Source: an uncultured Gammaproteobacteria bacterium
GTDB lineage: Bacteria > Pseudomonadota > Gammaproteobacteria > UBA9214
Length of the DNA stretch: 64,000 nt
Direction: 5' to 3'
NCBI GenBank assembly: GCA_963827755.1
Contig: CAWHCQ010000021.1
Coordinates: 96,001-160,000 of the forward strand
Made by a program: the position numbers and the translations under genes. Positions 13,371 to 22,321 of this stretch are shown piece by piece; position 1 is the first letter of the stretch, and every line of letters begins with the position of its first letter. The notes beneath the pieces were generated by a model, which did no database searches, was not told where the DNA came from, and saw nothing but the letters and a program-made list of their open reading frames with translations.

Positions 13371-14042
13371 ATGAAGGAACTCGAGTTCTCGACAAAATAC
13401 GACCCTGATCATTCAAAAAACTATTACTTCAAGCACAAGCAGGGGTTACGGCGCCGGTTGACCACCTGGAGAGAGGTGTCGCTTGCCAGAAAGGCGCTGC
13501 AGATTGCCGGCGACCCGCGAACGATTCTCGACCTTCCCTGCGGTGCCGGCCGGTTCTGGCCGATGCTTGCCGAGGACCCCGAGCGCACGCTGTTTGCGGC
13601 GGATAACAGCCAGGCGATGATCGATGTCACTCAAAAATTCCAGGACAAGGCGCTCAGTGCCCGGTTTAAATGTTTCCAGACATCCGCGTTCGCCATCGAT
13701 ATGCCGGATGCGAGTGTTGATAACATTTTCTGTATGCGCCTGCTGCATCACATCGCGGAAGAAGCGGATCGTCTTGCCATCCTGAAAGAGTTTTACAGGG
13801 TCACAAAAAACTCGGTTTGTCTCTCGATGTGGGTCGATGGCAATCTCCAGGCCAGCAGGAGAAAACGGGTTGAAGCCAGGCGTTCGGCCTCGAGAATCAA
13901 CAACCGTATCGTGATCACGGCAGAACAGGCGGAGCGGGAGTACCGGCAGGCCGGTTTTCGCATCCTCGACCACCTCGACCTGTTGCCGGGGATATCCATG
14001 TGGCGCTTTTACATTCTCGAAAAGACGCCTGCCGGGACGTAG
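13371..14042 (+). CDS. Class I SAM-dependent methyltransferase, PA4379/WarA-like
   Basis: LEFSTKYD, ILDLPCGAGRFWP, FCMRLLHHI and SMWVDGN. Confidence 0.8.
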   Translation: MKELEFSTKYDPDHSKNYYFKHKQGLRRRLTTWREVSLARKALQIAGDPRTILDLPCGAGRFWPMLAEDPERTLFAADNSQAMIDVTQKFQDKALSARFKCFQTSAFAIDMPDASVDNIFCMRLLHHIAEEADRLAILKEFYRVTKNSVCLSMWVDGNLQASRRKRVEARRSASRINNRIVITAEQAEREYRQAGFRILDHLDLLPGISMWRFYILEKTPAGT

Positions 14043-14094
14043 CGGGGACGCAGACTGCCCGTTCTTCAACGGCCCGCAGGAAGCGGATAGTCAA

Positions 14095-15168
14095 TCAGGA
14101 ACCGGTCACCAGGTACTGGTGCTGCGTGCCCTGTTTCCAGTGGATCACATTAGCCATCGCCCTGCTGGCATAGATTGTCCCGTCTTTTGTAATCATCAGT
14201 ATTTCGTGGACATCCATTTTGTCTGCGATCATCTTCCAGTCCCTGGTCCCGGCGATGAGCAGCGTGGTGGCGGCGGCACTTGCGACCATGGCGCTTTTAT
14301 GGGTCACGGTTACTGACTGTATATCCTTCACCGGCAGGCCGGTGCGCGGGTCGACGATATGCCGGTACACGCGACCTGTTTTTCCGGCCGAATGATTGAA
14401 TGCGCGCACCGTGACCACTGCCTTGTCATCGATGTTTTCCAGTGAGGCTATCAATTCTTTCCCGAAGCGGCCGGGAATGCCGATCCACCAGTCATGATCG
14501 CCCCGCGTACCGATCGTGCGGACATTGCCGCCGATATCGATCATGGCATTGGTTACGCCGAGCGCGGCAAGTCGTTCGATGCCTTTATCCAGCGCAACGC
14601 CGCGGATGATGTCGGTGAATTCCAGTTTTACCAGCCGGTTCCGGCTCGAGACCCTGTTGCCCTTGATAACCAGGTCATCGATCGACGGCTTCTGCGAGAT
14701 TATTACTTCGACACGCTCGTTGACGAGACGCTGGACTTCATCCGGGTAGGGGGATTCACCGCATTCATCCTTGTCGCAATGAAATTCCCAGAAGGCCGTT
14801 AGCTGGCCCGTGGCAGGGTTGAACATTCCATCACTCAGGCTGGATAGTTTGCCGGCATTGCTGATCAGTTCAACGAGGGTGTCGCTGACCTCAATGGATT
14901 GCCCCTTACTGATGGCCTCGTTGAGGCGATGCAATTCGCCTTCCAGCTCGAAGGTGTAGCCGATGGAATCAAGCACCTGCAGGTCTTCTTCCACGCTGAG
15001 CGCAGCTGTTCGTGCTGCATCCGTTGGCTGACCGATAATGGTTATCTGCACAAATGTCCCGAGGGCATTTAACCGGTATTCGAAAGCGTGACCGTTTCGA
15101 TCGCAGCTTGTAAGCAGGAACAGCATGGTTAAAGCCACGAGGGTGGCGAGGGTGAGCTTGTTTTTCAT
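14095..15168 (-). CDS. ApbE-like FAD:protein FMN transferase lipoprotein with degenerate motifs
   Basis: Lipobox LTSC, G.FNPATG.L..FW, DIGGN, W.IGI, HIVDPRTG and SVTV. Confidence 0.8.
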   Translation of the reverse strand: MKNKLTLATLVALTMLFLLTSCDRNGHAFEYRLNALGTFVQITIIGQPTDAARTAALSVEEDLQVLDSIGYTFELEGELHRLNEAISKGQSIEVSDTLVELISNAGKLSSLSDGMFNPATGQLTAFWEFHCDKDECGESPYPDEVQRLVNERVEVIISQKPSIDDLVIKGNRVSSRNRLVKLEFTDIIRGVALDKGIERLAALGVTNAMIDIGGNVRTIGTRGDHDWWIGIPGRFGKELIASLENIDDKAVVTVRAFNHSAGKTGRVYRHIVDPRTGLPVKDIQSVTVTHKSAMVASAAATTLLIAGTRDWKMIADKMDVHEILMITKDGTIYASRAMANVIHWKQGTQHQYLVTGS

Positions 15169-15217
15169 GAAGACACCGGATGGTTTTATGAAGGCGTTGA
15201 TCATATGCATGCAGTTC

Positions 15218-15478
15218 TCAGAAATAGCCGGTGTTGATCCACATGTGGACCATGATGCTGGCTGTATAGCCTAAAGCTATTACCGGTGTCCAGCGCAAAT
15301 GTCCGAAGAAGGTATACATGCCGCGCGACAGGTAACCAACGGTGTGCGCGTCAGGTCAAGGCCATGGGCGCCCGTGGCTTCAGCGAGCCGGCAGCAATGC
15401 CGGAACAAGCAGCACAGCACGCCGGCCAGCGCGGTGAGACAGATGCTTGATCGTGAGTGTCTGTGTAAGGAATGGCAT
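15218..15478 (-). pseudogene. nhaD: Internally deleted remnant of a Na+/H+ antiporter NhaD
   Basis: Hand translation: leader...LDLT(A)HTVGYLS fused to RGMYTFFGHLRWTPVIALGYTASIMVHMWINTGYF*, resembling the N- and C-termini of proteobacterial NhaD. Confidence 0.7.
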
Positions 15479-15489
15479 CTTGGTTCTTC

Positions 15490-17448
15490 TCAGAAAAATA
15501 CATTCATTGTGAGCAGCATGACGACGAGGAACAGCAGCGTCATGATGCCGCCCGCACGCATGAAATCGGGTACCCGGTATCCGCCCGGCCCCATCAGCAG
15601 TGCATTCACCTGGTGTGTCGGGATCAAAAAGGAGTTCGATGTGGCAATGGCCACGGTCAGGGCAAACACGGCGGGGTCTGCACCTGCGGGAATCGCGAGA
15701 TTGACGGCAAGCGGTACCAGCAGCACCGTCGCGCCGACATTCGACATTACCAGCGTGAAAAAGGTCGCCAGCACGGCGAGCGCCGCCTGCAATACCCAGA
15801 CGGGTACCTCACCCAGTATTTCGAGCGTCTGTTGTGCTATCCACGCAGCGGTCCCGGTATTTTCAACGGCCATGCCCAGCGGGATCAGGCTCGCCAGCAG
15901 GAACACGGTTTTCCAGCTGACGGCTTCGTAGGCCTCGTCGATACTGAGCACGCCGGAGAGCACCATGCCGAGTGCGCCGGTCAGCAGGGAAACCGACAGG
16001 CGCAGGTCGGAGAACAGTACCAGGGACAATGCCACGAGAAAGAAAAACAGGGCGTGACCGACTTTTTGCGGGCGGGTCTCCTCGCGTGGATACTCGGTGG
16101 TTACGACGACAAAGTCACGGTTGGATTCGAGTCGTGCCAGTGCATCCCAGGTGGTATGCACCACCAGGGTATCGCCGGCCTGCAGGGGCATGTTGCGTAT
16201 GTCTTCACCTTCGCGCATCGTCTTGCCGGCGCGGTGCAGGCCGATCATGGCGAGGCCGTATGTTTTGCGCATCCATACATCACGTGCACTTTTGCCGATC
16301 AGCTGCGAGCCGGGCGGGATCACGACCTCGGCAACACCGGAACGGCTGGAGGAGAGTGATTCGCTGAAGTTGTTCAGGCCCGCAAGGCGTATCAGTCGAT
16401 ACTTGCCGACGAACTTTTCGACGTCCAGCGGCGCTGCCAGGATGCCGAGCACCATGTTGGCCTCGATGCCGACGTCGCGGGCCAGCGCACCCGGGCCGAT
16501 GCGGGTTTCCTTGTCGCTGCGCAGGGTGGCAATGATGCGTATATGCCCGGAGCTTTCAACATCGTCGAACATGAGGCCGACCAGCGGGCTGTCGGCCGGC
16601 ACCTTTATTTCAAACATCGCGTAGTCGATTCCGTAGACATCCTTGAAATAGCTCATGGTGTTGGAGGCGACGGTGCTGCTTTGGGACTGACCGCTCGGCA
16701 GGACATACTTGCCAAGCAGGAGAAAATAAATAATTCCCGTGGCCACCAGTGCCAGGCCGACCGGGGTGACGCTGAACAGGCCGAAGGCGCTCATTTTCTG
16801 GCCCGGCGGCAACGCCTGGTTGGACGTCATCATCAGGTCGTTGAGCAGGATCAGCGGGCTGGAGCCCACCATGGTGACGGTGCCGCCGAGGATTGCGCAA
16901 AAGCCCATCGGCATGAGCAGGCGTGACAGGGGCAGGCCCGAGCGCGCCGAGATGCGGCTGACAACCGGCAGGAACAGGGCGGCGGCGCCGACGTTTTGCA
17001 TGAAGCTCGAGATGATGGCAACGGTGCCGGAAATCAGCGGGATGATGCGTTTCTCCGTCCTGCCGCCGCGCTTGAGGATAATCCTGGCCACGGTATTCAT
17101 GACACCCGTTTTATCCAGGCCCTTGCCGACAATCATCACGGCAATGATGGAGATCACCGCGTTACTGGAAAACCCGTCGAACAGGTGTTGTGCGGGTACA
17201 AACGGATGATTGAGCCCGAACAGGGGCCCGATAAGCGTCATCAGTCCGAGCAGCACCATGATGCAGATGGCTGCAACGTCGACGCCGACAATTTCAAAGA
17301 CAAAAAGATAGATCGTCAGCAGCAGGATGCACGAAACCCAGGCGACTTCCGGCGTCGGAACGACACCGATGAGCAGATAGCCGATAATCAGAAAGACGAT
17401 GGCGCCGACAACGGGCTTGATCGAAGCCTTTATTGATGATCTGCTCAC
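15490..17448 (-). CDS. SLC13 family permease with TrkA-C (RCK-C) domains
   Basis: SSFMQNVGAAAL, GGTVTMVGSSP, two cytoplasmic TrkA-C-like segments, MSNVGAT and PTHQVNAL. Confidence 0.9.
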   Translation of the reverse strand: MSRSSIKASIKPVVGAIVFLIIGYLLIGVVPTPEVAWVSCILLLTIYLFVFEIVGVDVAAICIMVLLGLMTLIGPLFGLNHPFVPAQHLFDGFSSNAVISIIAVMIVGKGLDKTGVMNTVARIILKRGGRTEKRIIPLISGTVAIISSFMQNVGAAALFLPVVSRISARSGLPLSRLLMPMGFCAILGGTVTMVGSSPLILLNDLMMTSNQALPPGQKMSAFGLFSVTPVGLALVATGIIYFLLLGKYVLPSGQSQSSTVASNTMSYFKDVYGIDYAMFEIKVPADSPLVGLMFDDVESSGHIRIIATLRSDKETRIGPGALARDVGIEANMVLGILAAPLDVEKFVGKYRLIRLAGLNNFSESLSSSRSGVAEVVIPPGSQLIGKSARDVWMRKTYGLAMIGLHRAGKTMREGEDIRNMPLQAGDTLVVHTTWDALARLESNRDFVVVTTEYPREETRPQKVGHALFFFLVALSLVLFSDLRLSVSLLTGALGMVLSGVLSIDEAYEAVSWKTVFLLASLIPLGMAVENTGTAAWIAQQTLEILGEVPVWVLQAALAVLATFFTLVMSNVGATVLLVPLAVNLAIPAGADPAVFALTVAIATSNSFLIPTHQVNALLMGPGGYRVPDFMRAGGIMTLLFLVVMLLTMNVFF

Positions 17449-17547
17449 GTGCTACTCCGGTAAAAATATATGCACGGCAAAACCTTTATATGGCATTACT
17501 GTGCGGGACTGACCTGCAGGATATACGGTCCTGGCGACCGCGGTAAT

Positions 17548-17853
17548 TCAGGCGGGGTGAGGCGTCGCGGGCGGACCGTGGAGGATAAGGCTGGAGTACG
17601 CGTCACTGTTTGCAAGCGGTGATAATCCATTGCCATGAATTGCCGGGCCGGGGAATGGCGCTACGCTTGCAGGCAGGCACGGCACGCGGGATACAGTCTT
17701 GTCATCATCATCGGATGTGTCGGTTGCTTCTGACTTGATTTCTGTTTCCACCGGCGTGCACTCGGCCAGGCTGTTAACGCTGGCAGACAGGAAGACGGCC
17801 GTCAACAGCGCCAGCCACAGCCAGTGCGAGGATTTTTTACGGTCGGCAGGCAT
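17548..17853 (-). CDS. Small exported uORF with C-terminal HGPP motif; candidate arrest/leader peptide
   Basis: Signal peptide (RKK, hydrophobic core, SLA-E), acidic DTSDDDD tract, ends ILHGPPATPHPA*; about 100 nt upstream of the SLC13 gene. Confidence 0.6.
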   Translation of the reverse strand: MPADRKKSSHWLWLALLTAVFLSASVNSLAECTPVETEIKSEATDTSDDDDKTVSRVPCLPASVAPFPGPAIHGNGLSPLANSDAYSSLILHGPPATPHPA

Positions 17854-17903
17854 CAGTCGATTTTGCTCTCGGAACCGGTTTGCGGGGGCTTCTTGTCGAT
17901 AAG

Positions 17904-17932
17904 AATATAACAAGATAGTGATTTAGCGTCAA
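17904..17932 (-). promoter_or_regulatory. sigma70 promoter of the uORF-SLC13 unit
   Basis: Minus strand TTGACG-N17-TATATT. Confidence 0.65.
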
Positions 17933-18085
17933 AGCCGGCTGTTTCTCTGCGCGCGCTATCCGCTAACGGACCCGGGTGGACAGCGGTGCTGCGGCGGCTG
18001 ACTGGATGTGGCGGGGCCCGGTGGTGTGGCCACACCACGGCGGGATTTGCCCCTTTCAGGGGTTGCTGACTTGAGCGCCGGGCTC

Positions 18086-18685
18086 CTAGCGGACGTTGAA
18101 AGAGTCCCGCGCACTGTCGAGCGATTCCTGCCAGGCCCGGGTGAACCGTGGCCACCAGTCCGGTTGCCTGTCCTGCAACCATTCGCGGGATGCCTCGATG
18201 AACCAGCGGCCGATGGCGGGCAGGTTGTGCTTCCTGAAGTGTGCAATACGCTTGCCGATGCGCGCACTCAGCGGCGGCCTGGCAAGCATTTCCAGCAAGG
18301 TGTATTCGCGTTGCTTGGCGGCCCAGAGTTCACTGTTGATGTTGCGTTCCAGTTTCAACAGACGTTGCTTCAGCTGTTCCAGTTCCAGGTTCGGGGTAGT
18401 TGCCTGGTTTGTTTGCACCCGCATCTTGATGCGTTTTTCCAGCAGCGCGACGCGCTGCTGCAGGTTTTCAAGATCAATCGGGCCGCGCTGTGCCGGCATA
18501 TGCACGGTGCCGCTCTTGACCGGAAAGACCCTGGTTCCCGGAATGGCCGTGCCGGCGGATTGCCGGGCCGGGCGCGCCGGGGGGGCAGGGTGTGTGCCGG
18601 GTCGGCCATTGGCCCGGGCGGCGATATGGGCTGTCTCCTGTGGATCGGTATCGCTGTCAGTTTGGCCAAATTCCAGAAGCCTCAT
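18086..18685 (-). CDS. Hypothetical protein: Pro-rich N-terminus, coiled coil, Trp-rich amphipathic C-terminus
   Basis: Non-overlapping part of ORF 18086-19909; heptads LENLQQRVALLEKRI and LEQLKQRLLKLERNI. Confidence 0.65.
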   Translation of the reverse strand: MRLLEFGQTDSDTDPQETAHIAARANGRPGTHPAPPARPARQSAGTAIPGTRVFPVKSGTVHMPAQRGPIDLENLQQRVALLEKRIKMRVQTNQATTPNLELEQLKQRLLKLERNINSELWAAKQREYTLLEMLARPPLSARIGKRIAHFRKHNLPAIGRWFIEASREWLQDRQPDWWPRFTRAWQESLDSARDSFNVR

Positions 18686-18841
18686 GCCTTTTACCCTATC
18701 TTGTGTGATTTCCGGGATTCTACCACAATATGTACCAATATATAGTCTTTTGAAGCGCATTGATCCGCGACAGCCGCCGATTACCTGAATCGCGGTGAAC
18801 GGCGTAGAATCGCGGTTAATTTTTTTCAGCAGGCCTGGACA

Positions 18842-20734
18842 GTGACGGCACCCGCAAAAACATATGACGTGATCGTGGTCGGCGGCGGCCATGCAGGTAC
18901 CGAGGCCGCGCTGGCGGCGGCGCGGTCGGGTGCGCGCACCCTGTTGCTGACACACAACTTCGAGACCCTCGGGCAAATGAGCTGTAACCCGGCCATCGGC
19001 GGGATCGGCAAGAGCCACCTGGTGAAGGAAATCGATGCGCTTGGCGGGTTGATGGCGCTGGCCGCCGATCGGGCCGGAATCCATTTCCGGGTCCTCAATG
19101 GCAGCAAGGGCCCGGCCGTGCGCGCGACCCGGGCCCAGGCCGACCGGATGCTCTACCGGCAGGCAGTGCGCCGGCACCTGGAACACCAGCCGGGCCTGCA
19201 ATTGTTCCAGCAGGCCGTCGATGACCTGATCGTCGAGGGCGAGCGGGTCAGCGGTGTCGTTACCGCCATGGGGCTGCGTTTTTTTGCGCCCACCGTGGTG
19301 CTGACGGTCGGCACTTTCCTCGGTGGCCGCATTCATATCGGCAAGACCAGCACGGCCGGTGGCCGTGCCGGTGATCCGCCGGCCAATGCGCTGGCCGCGC
19401 GCTTGCGTGAACTGCCGCTGCGTGTCGAGCGCCTGAAGACAGGTACGCCACCGCGTATTGACGGGCGCAGCATTGATTATTCGCAGCTGCAGGCACAACC
19501 CGGTGACCGGCCATTGCCGGTGATGTCCTTTCTCGGCAGGCGCGAAGACCATCCGCGGCAGCTGGATTGCCACATCACCCGTACCAACAGCCGCACCCAC
19601 GACATCATCCGTGCCGGGCTGGCGGACTCGCCGATGTACAGCGGCGCCATCCAGGGGACGGGACCGCGGTATTGTCCGTCGATCGAGGACAAGGTGGTGC
19701 GCTTTGCCGACCGGGACAGCCACCAGGTGTTCGTTGAGCCGGAAGGGCTTGATACCCATGAGGTTTATCCGAACGGTATTTCGACCAGCCTGTCCTTTGC
19801 CGTGCAGGAACAACTGGTGCATTCCATGGCCGGGTTTGAATCCGCCCATATCACGCGCCCCGGCTATGCCATTGAATATGATTTCTTTGATCCGCGTGAC
19901 CTGAAGCACTCGCTCGAGACCAAGGTCATCAGCGGCCTGTATTTTGCCGGGCAGATCAATGGCACCACCGGCTACGAGGAGGCCGCCGCCCAGGGCCTGC
20001 TGGCCGGACTGAATGCCGCGCGCCGCACGCGGGACCTGGAACCCTGGCTGCCAGGGCGCGACGAGGCCTATATAGGGGTGCTCGTTGACGACCTGGTGAC
20101 GCTCGGCACCAGCGAGCCCTACCGGATGTTCACCAGCCGCGCCGAATACCGGCTGCTGTTACGCCAGGATAATGCAGACCTGCGCCTGACAGCGGTCGGG
20201 CGCGAAATGGGGCTGGTCGACGACCACCGCTGGGCGCATTTCAGCGCCAGGCGCGAGGCCATTGAAGCCGAACAGCAGCGCCTGCAAACCCTGCTGGTGC
20301 GCCCCGACACGCCGGCGGCGGACGGCCTCGCGGAAATACTCGATAAACCGCTGCGCCGCGAACAATATGCCCATGAATTGCTGCGTCGCCCGGAAGTCAG
20401 CTACCGTGCATTGACAGCGATTGAAGGCTTCGGACCCGGTGTTGCGGATGAGCAGGTGGCCGAGCAGGTGGATATCCAGGCAAGCTACTCCGGCTACCTC
20501 GATCGGCAGCTGGCAGAGATCGAGCGGGCGCATCACAACCGCGAACAACCACTGGCGGTGAATTTCGATTACAATGCAGTCCGGGGGCTTTCCAATGAAG
20601 TCTGTGAGAAACTGCTGGCTGTCAGACCGGAGACCATTGGTCAGGCTGCACGGATTCCAGGCGTCACACCGGCGGCGGTATCCCTGTTGCTGGTTCATTT
20701 AAAAAAACACCGGGCGTTGGCAAAAACCGCCTGA
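18842..20734 (+). CDS. mnmG: tRNA uridine 5-carboxymethylaminomethyl modification enzyme
   Basis: [32 protein letters not shown] and [16 protein letters not shown]. Confidence 0.99.
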   Translation: MTAPAKTYDVIVVGGGHAGTEAALAAARSGARTLLLTHNFETLGQMSCNPAIGGIGKSHLVKEIDALGGLMALAADRAGIHFRVLNGSKGPAVRATRAQADRMLYRQAVRRHLEHQPGLQLFQQAVDDLIVEGERVSGVVTAMGLRFFAPTVVLTVGTFLGGRIHIGKTSTAGGRAGDPPANALAARLRELPLRVERLKTGTPPRIDGRSIDYSQLQAQPGDRPLPVMSFLGRREDHPRQLDCHITRTNSRTHDIIRAGLADSPMYSGAIQGTGPRYCPSIEDKVVRFADRDSHQVFVEPEGLDTHEVYPNGISTSLSFAVQEQLVHSMAGFESAHITRPGYAIEYDFFDPRDLKHSLETKVISGLYFAGQINGTTGYEEAAAQGLLAGLNAARRTRDLEPWLPGRDEAYIGVLVDDLVTLGTSEPYRMFTSRAEYRLLLRQDNADLRLTAVGREMGLVDDHRWAHFSARREAIEAEQQRLQTLLVRPDTPAADGLAEILDKPLRREQYAHELLRRPEVSYRALTAIEGFGPGVADEQVAEQVDIQASYSGYLDRQLAEIERAHHNREQPLAVNFDYNAVRGLSNEVCEKLLAVRPETIGQAARIPGVTPAAVSLLLVHLKKHRALAKTA

Positions 20735-20758
20735 ACAGGGCCACTACCATGACAGGTC

Positions 20759-21460
20759 ATGTATACCGGACTTTATAACCGTAAACGCAAGGGACGCAGC
20801 AACGACGCTGCCGACCCTGGTGAGTTGCTTGAAAACGGTATCTACGAGCTGGGTCTGGAAGAGCGCCTCGCCGGTGACAATCTGCTGATGGAGTATGTTA
20901 CCGAGCTGCTCAACTGGAACCGTGTCTATAACCTGACATCGGTTCGCAAACCTGCCGACATCATCACCCGTCATATCCTCGATAGTCTGACACTTGTTCC
21001 GCACCTGAACGGCGAGCGTATACTCGATGTGGGTACCGGCGCCGGCCTGCCGGGTATCGTTCTTGCAATTGCCTGTCCGGAACTTGAATTCGTATTGCTG
21101 GACAGCAGCAGCAAGAAATTGCGCTTCGTGCAGCAGACGCTCGGCATATTGCAGCTGGAGAATGTTACGCTCGAAAACTGCCGGCTGGAGGAATACCGGC
21201 CGGATGTCCTGTTTGACACCATTATATGCCGCGCCTTTTCAGACCTGCCGGATTTCTACCGCCATAGCGCTCACCTGTGCGCTGACAACGGCCGCATGCT
21301 GGCCATGAAAGGCGTGTACCCGATGACCGAAATCGAGTGCCTGAATGACAAGACCCTGATTGATGATGTCGTCGCACTGAAGGTGCCCGGCCTGGATGCC
21401 GAGCGTCACCTGGTAATCATGCATGCGGCGCAGGCAAACCAGGCCGCAGGTACCCAGTAA
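20759..21460 (+). CDS. rsmG: 16S rRNA m7G527 methyltransferase
   Basis: WNRVYNLT, HILDSL and LDVGTGAGLPG. Confidence 0.96.
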   Translation: MYTGLYNRKRKGRSNDAADPGELLENGIYELGLEERLAGDNLLMEYVTELLNWNRVYNLTSVRKPADIITRHILDSLTLVPHLNGERILDVGTGAGLPGIVLAIACPELEFVLLDSSSKKLRFVQQTLGILQLENVTLENCRLEEYRPDVLFDTIICRAFSDLPDFYRHSAHLCADNGRMLAMKGVYPMTEIECLNDKTLIDDVVALKVPGLDAERHLVIMHAAQANQAAGTQ

Positions 21461-21463
21461 CCC

Positions 21464-22273
21464 GTGGGACAGATACTCGCAGTCACGAATCAGAAAGGCG
21501 GTGTTGGCAAGACCACCACCAGCGTCAACATGGCCGCTTCGCTGGCCGAGACCGGCAAGCGCGTCTTGCTGATAGATCTCGATGCACAGGGCAATGCGAC
21601 CATGGGCAGCGGTATCGACAAGCATGATGTCGAAAAGACCGGTTACGACGTGCTGATGGACCACGCGGAAGTGCGCGACGTCACGCTGCATGCAAGCAGT
21701 GCCGGCTATGACCTGCTGCCGGGCAACAGTGACCTGACAGCCGCCGAGGTCGAGCTGCTGAACAAGGACAACGCCGACCGCCGGCTGCGCTCTGCCCTGA
21801 CCTATGTGCAGAATGACTATGATCTGGTGATCATCGATTGTCCGCCGTCGCTCAGCATGTTGACGATCAATGCGCTGGCGGCTGCGCACGGCGTTCTCAT
21901 CCCGATCCAGTGTGAATACTATGCGCTGGAAGGTTTATCCGCACTGCTGGATACGGTGGAAAAGGTGCGCGACAACATCAACCCGGAACTGGAGATAGAG
22001 GGCCTGTTGCGCACCATGTACGATGCGCGCAATAACCTCGCCAATGACGTGTCCGCACAATTGCAGCAGCATTTTGGCGACAAGCTGTACCGCACCATAA
22101 TTCCGCGCAACGTGCGCCTGGCAGAGGCACCCAGCCACGGCATGCCGGTCATCCGTTATGACAGGGGCTCGCGCGGTGCCATGGCCTATCTTGCGCTCGC
22201 CGGCGAATACAACCGGCGCCATCCCTCGGCAAACGTGGTGCGGGAAACGCAGACTGCCGGCAAGACAGCCTGA
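21464..22273 (+). CDS. parA: Chromosome partitioning ATPase ParA/Soj
   Basis: NQKGGVGKTT, DLDAQGNAT and PRNVRLAEAPSHG. Confidence 0.97.
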   Translation: MGQILAVTNQKGGVGKTTTSVNMAASLAETGKRVLLIDLDAQGNATMGSGIDKHDVEKTGYDVLMDHAEVRDVTLHASSAGYDLLPGNSDLTAAEVELLNKDNADRRLRSALTYVQNDYDLVIIDCPPSLSMLTINALAAAHGVLIPIQCEYYALEGLSALLDTVEKVRDNINPELEIEGLLRTMYDARNNLANDVSAQLQQHFGDKLYRTIIPRNVRLAEAPSHGMPVIRYDRGSRGAMAYLALAGEYNRRHPSANVVRETQTAGKTA

Positions 22274-22321
22274 TCGCGCAGTTCAAACCTGTAGTCGTCA
22301 ATCATTGAAACGGTAACCGAA

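Noticed and set aside
15238-15249. Palindrome TCCACATGTGGA as a third parS
   Set aside because: Wrong core (lacks CACGTG and the TGTT/AACA arms); it lies within the nhaD remnant codons.
18040-18070. c-di-GMP-I riboswitch-like GCAA-CCCC-GAAA-GGGG-CAAA (minus strand)
   Set aside because: Lacks the GGAC linker, tetraloop receptor and P1, and lies upstream of the promoter rather than in a 5' UTR.
10551-18841. Integrative island at the mnmE 3' end
   Set aside because: Accessory genes separate mnmE and mnmG, but I found no integrase and no duplicated mnmE tail.
18686-18841. E. coli-type oriC upstream of mnmG
   Set aside because: No convincing DnaA boxes or GATC cluster.
18686-19909. Long antisense ORFs (5' part of 18086-19909; also 7944-9107, 58524-59912, 2752-3744)
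   Set aside because: Shadow ORFs opposite well-conserved genes in high-GC DNA, with no recognisable motifs.
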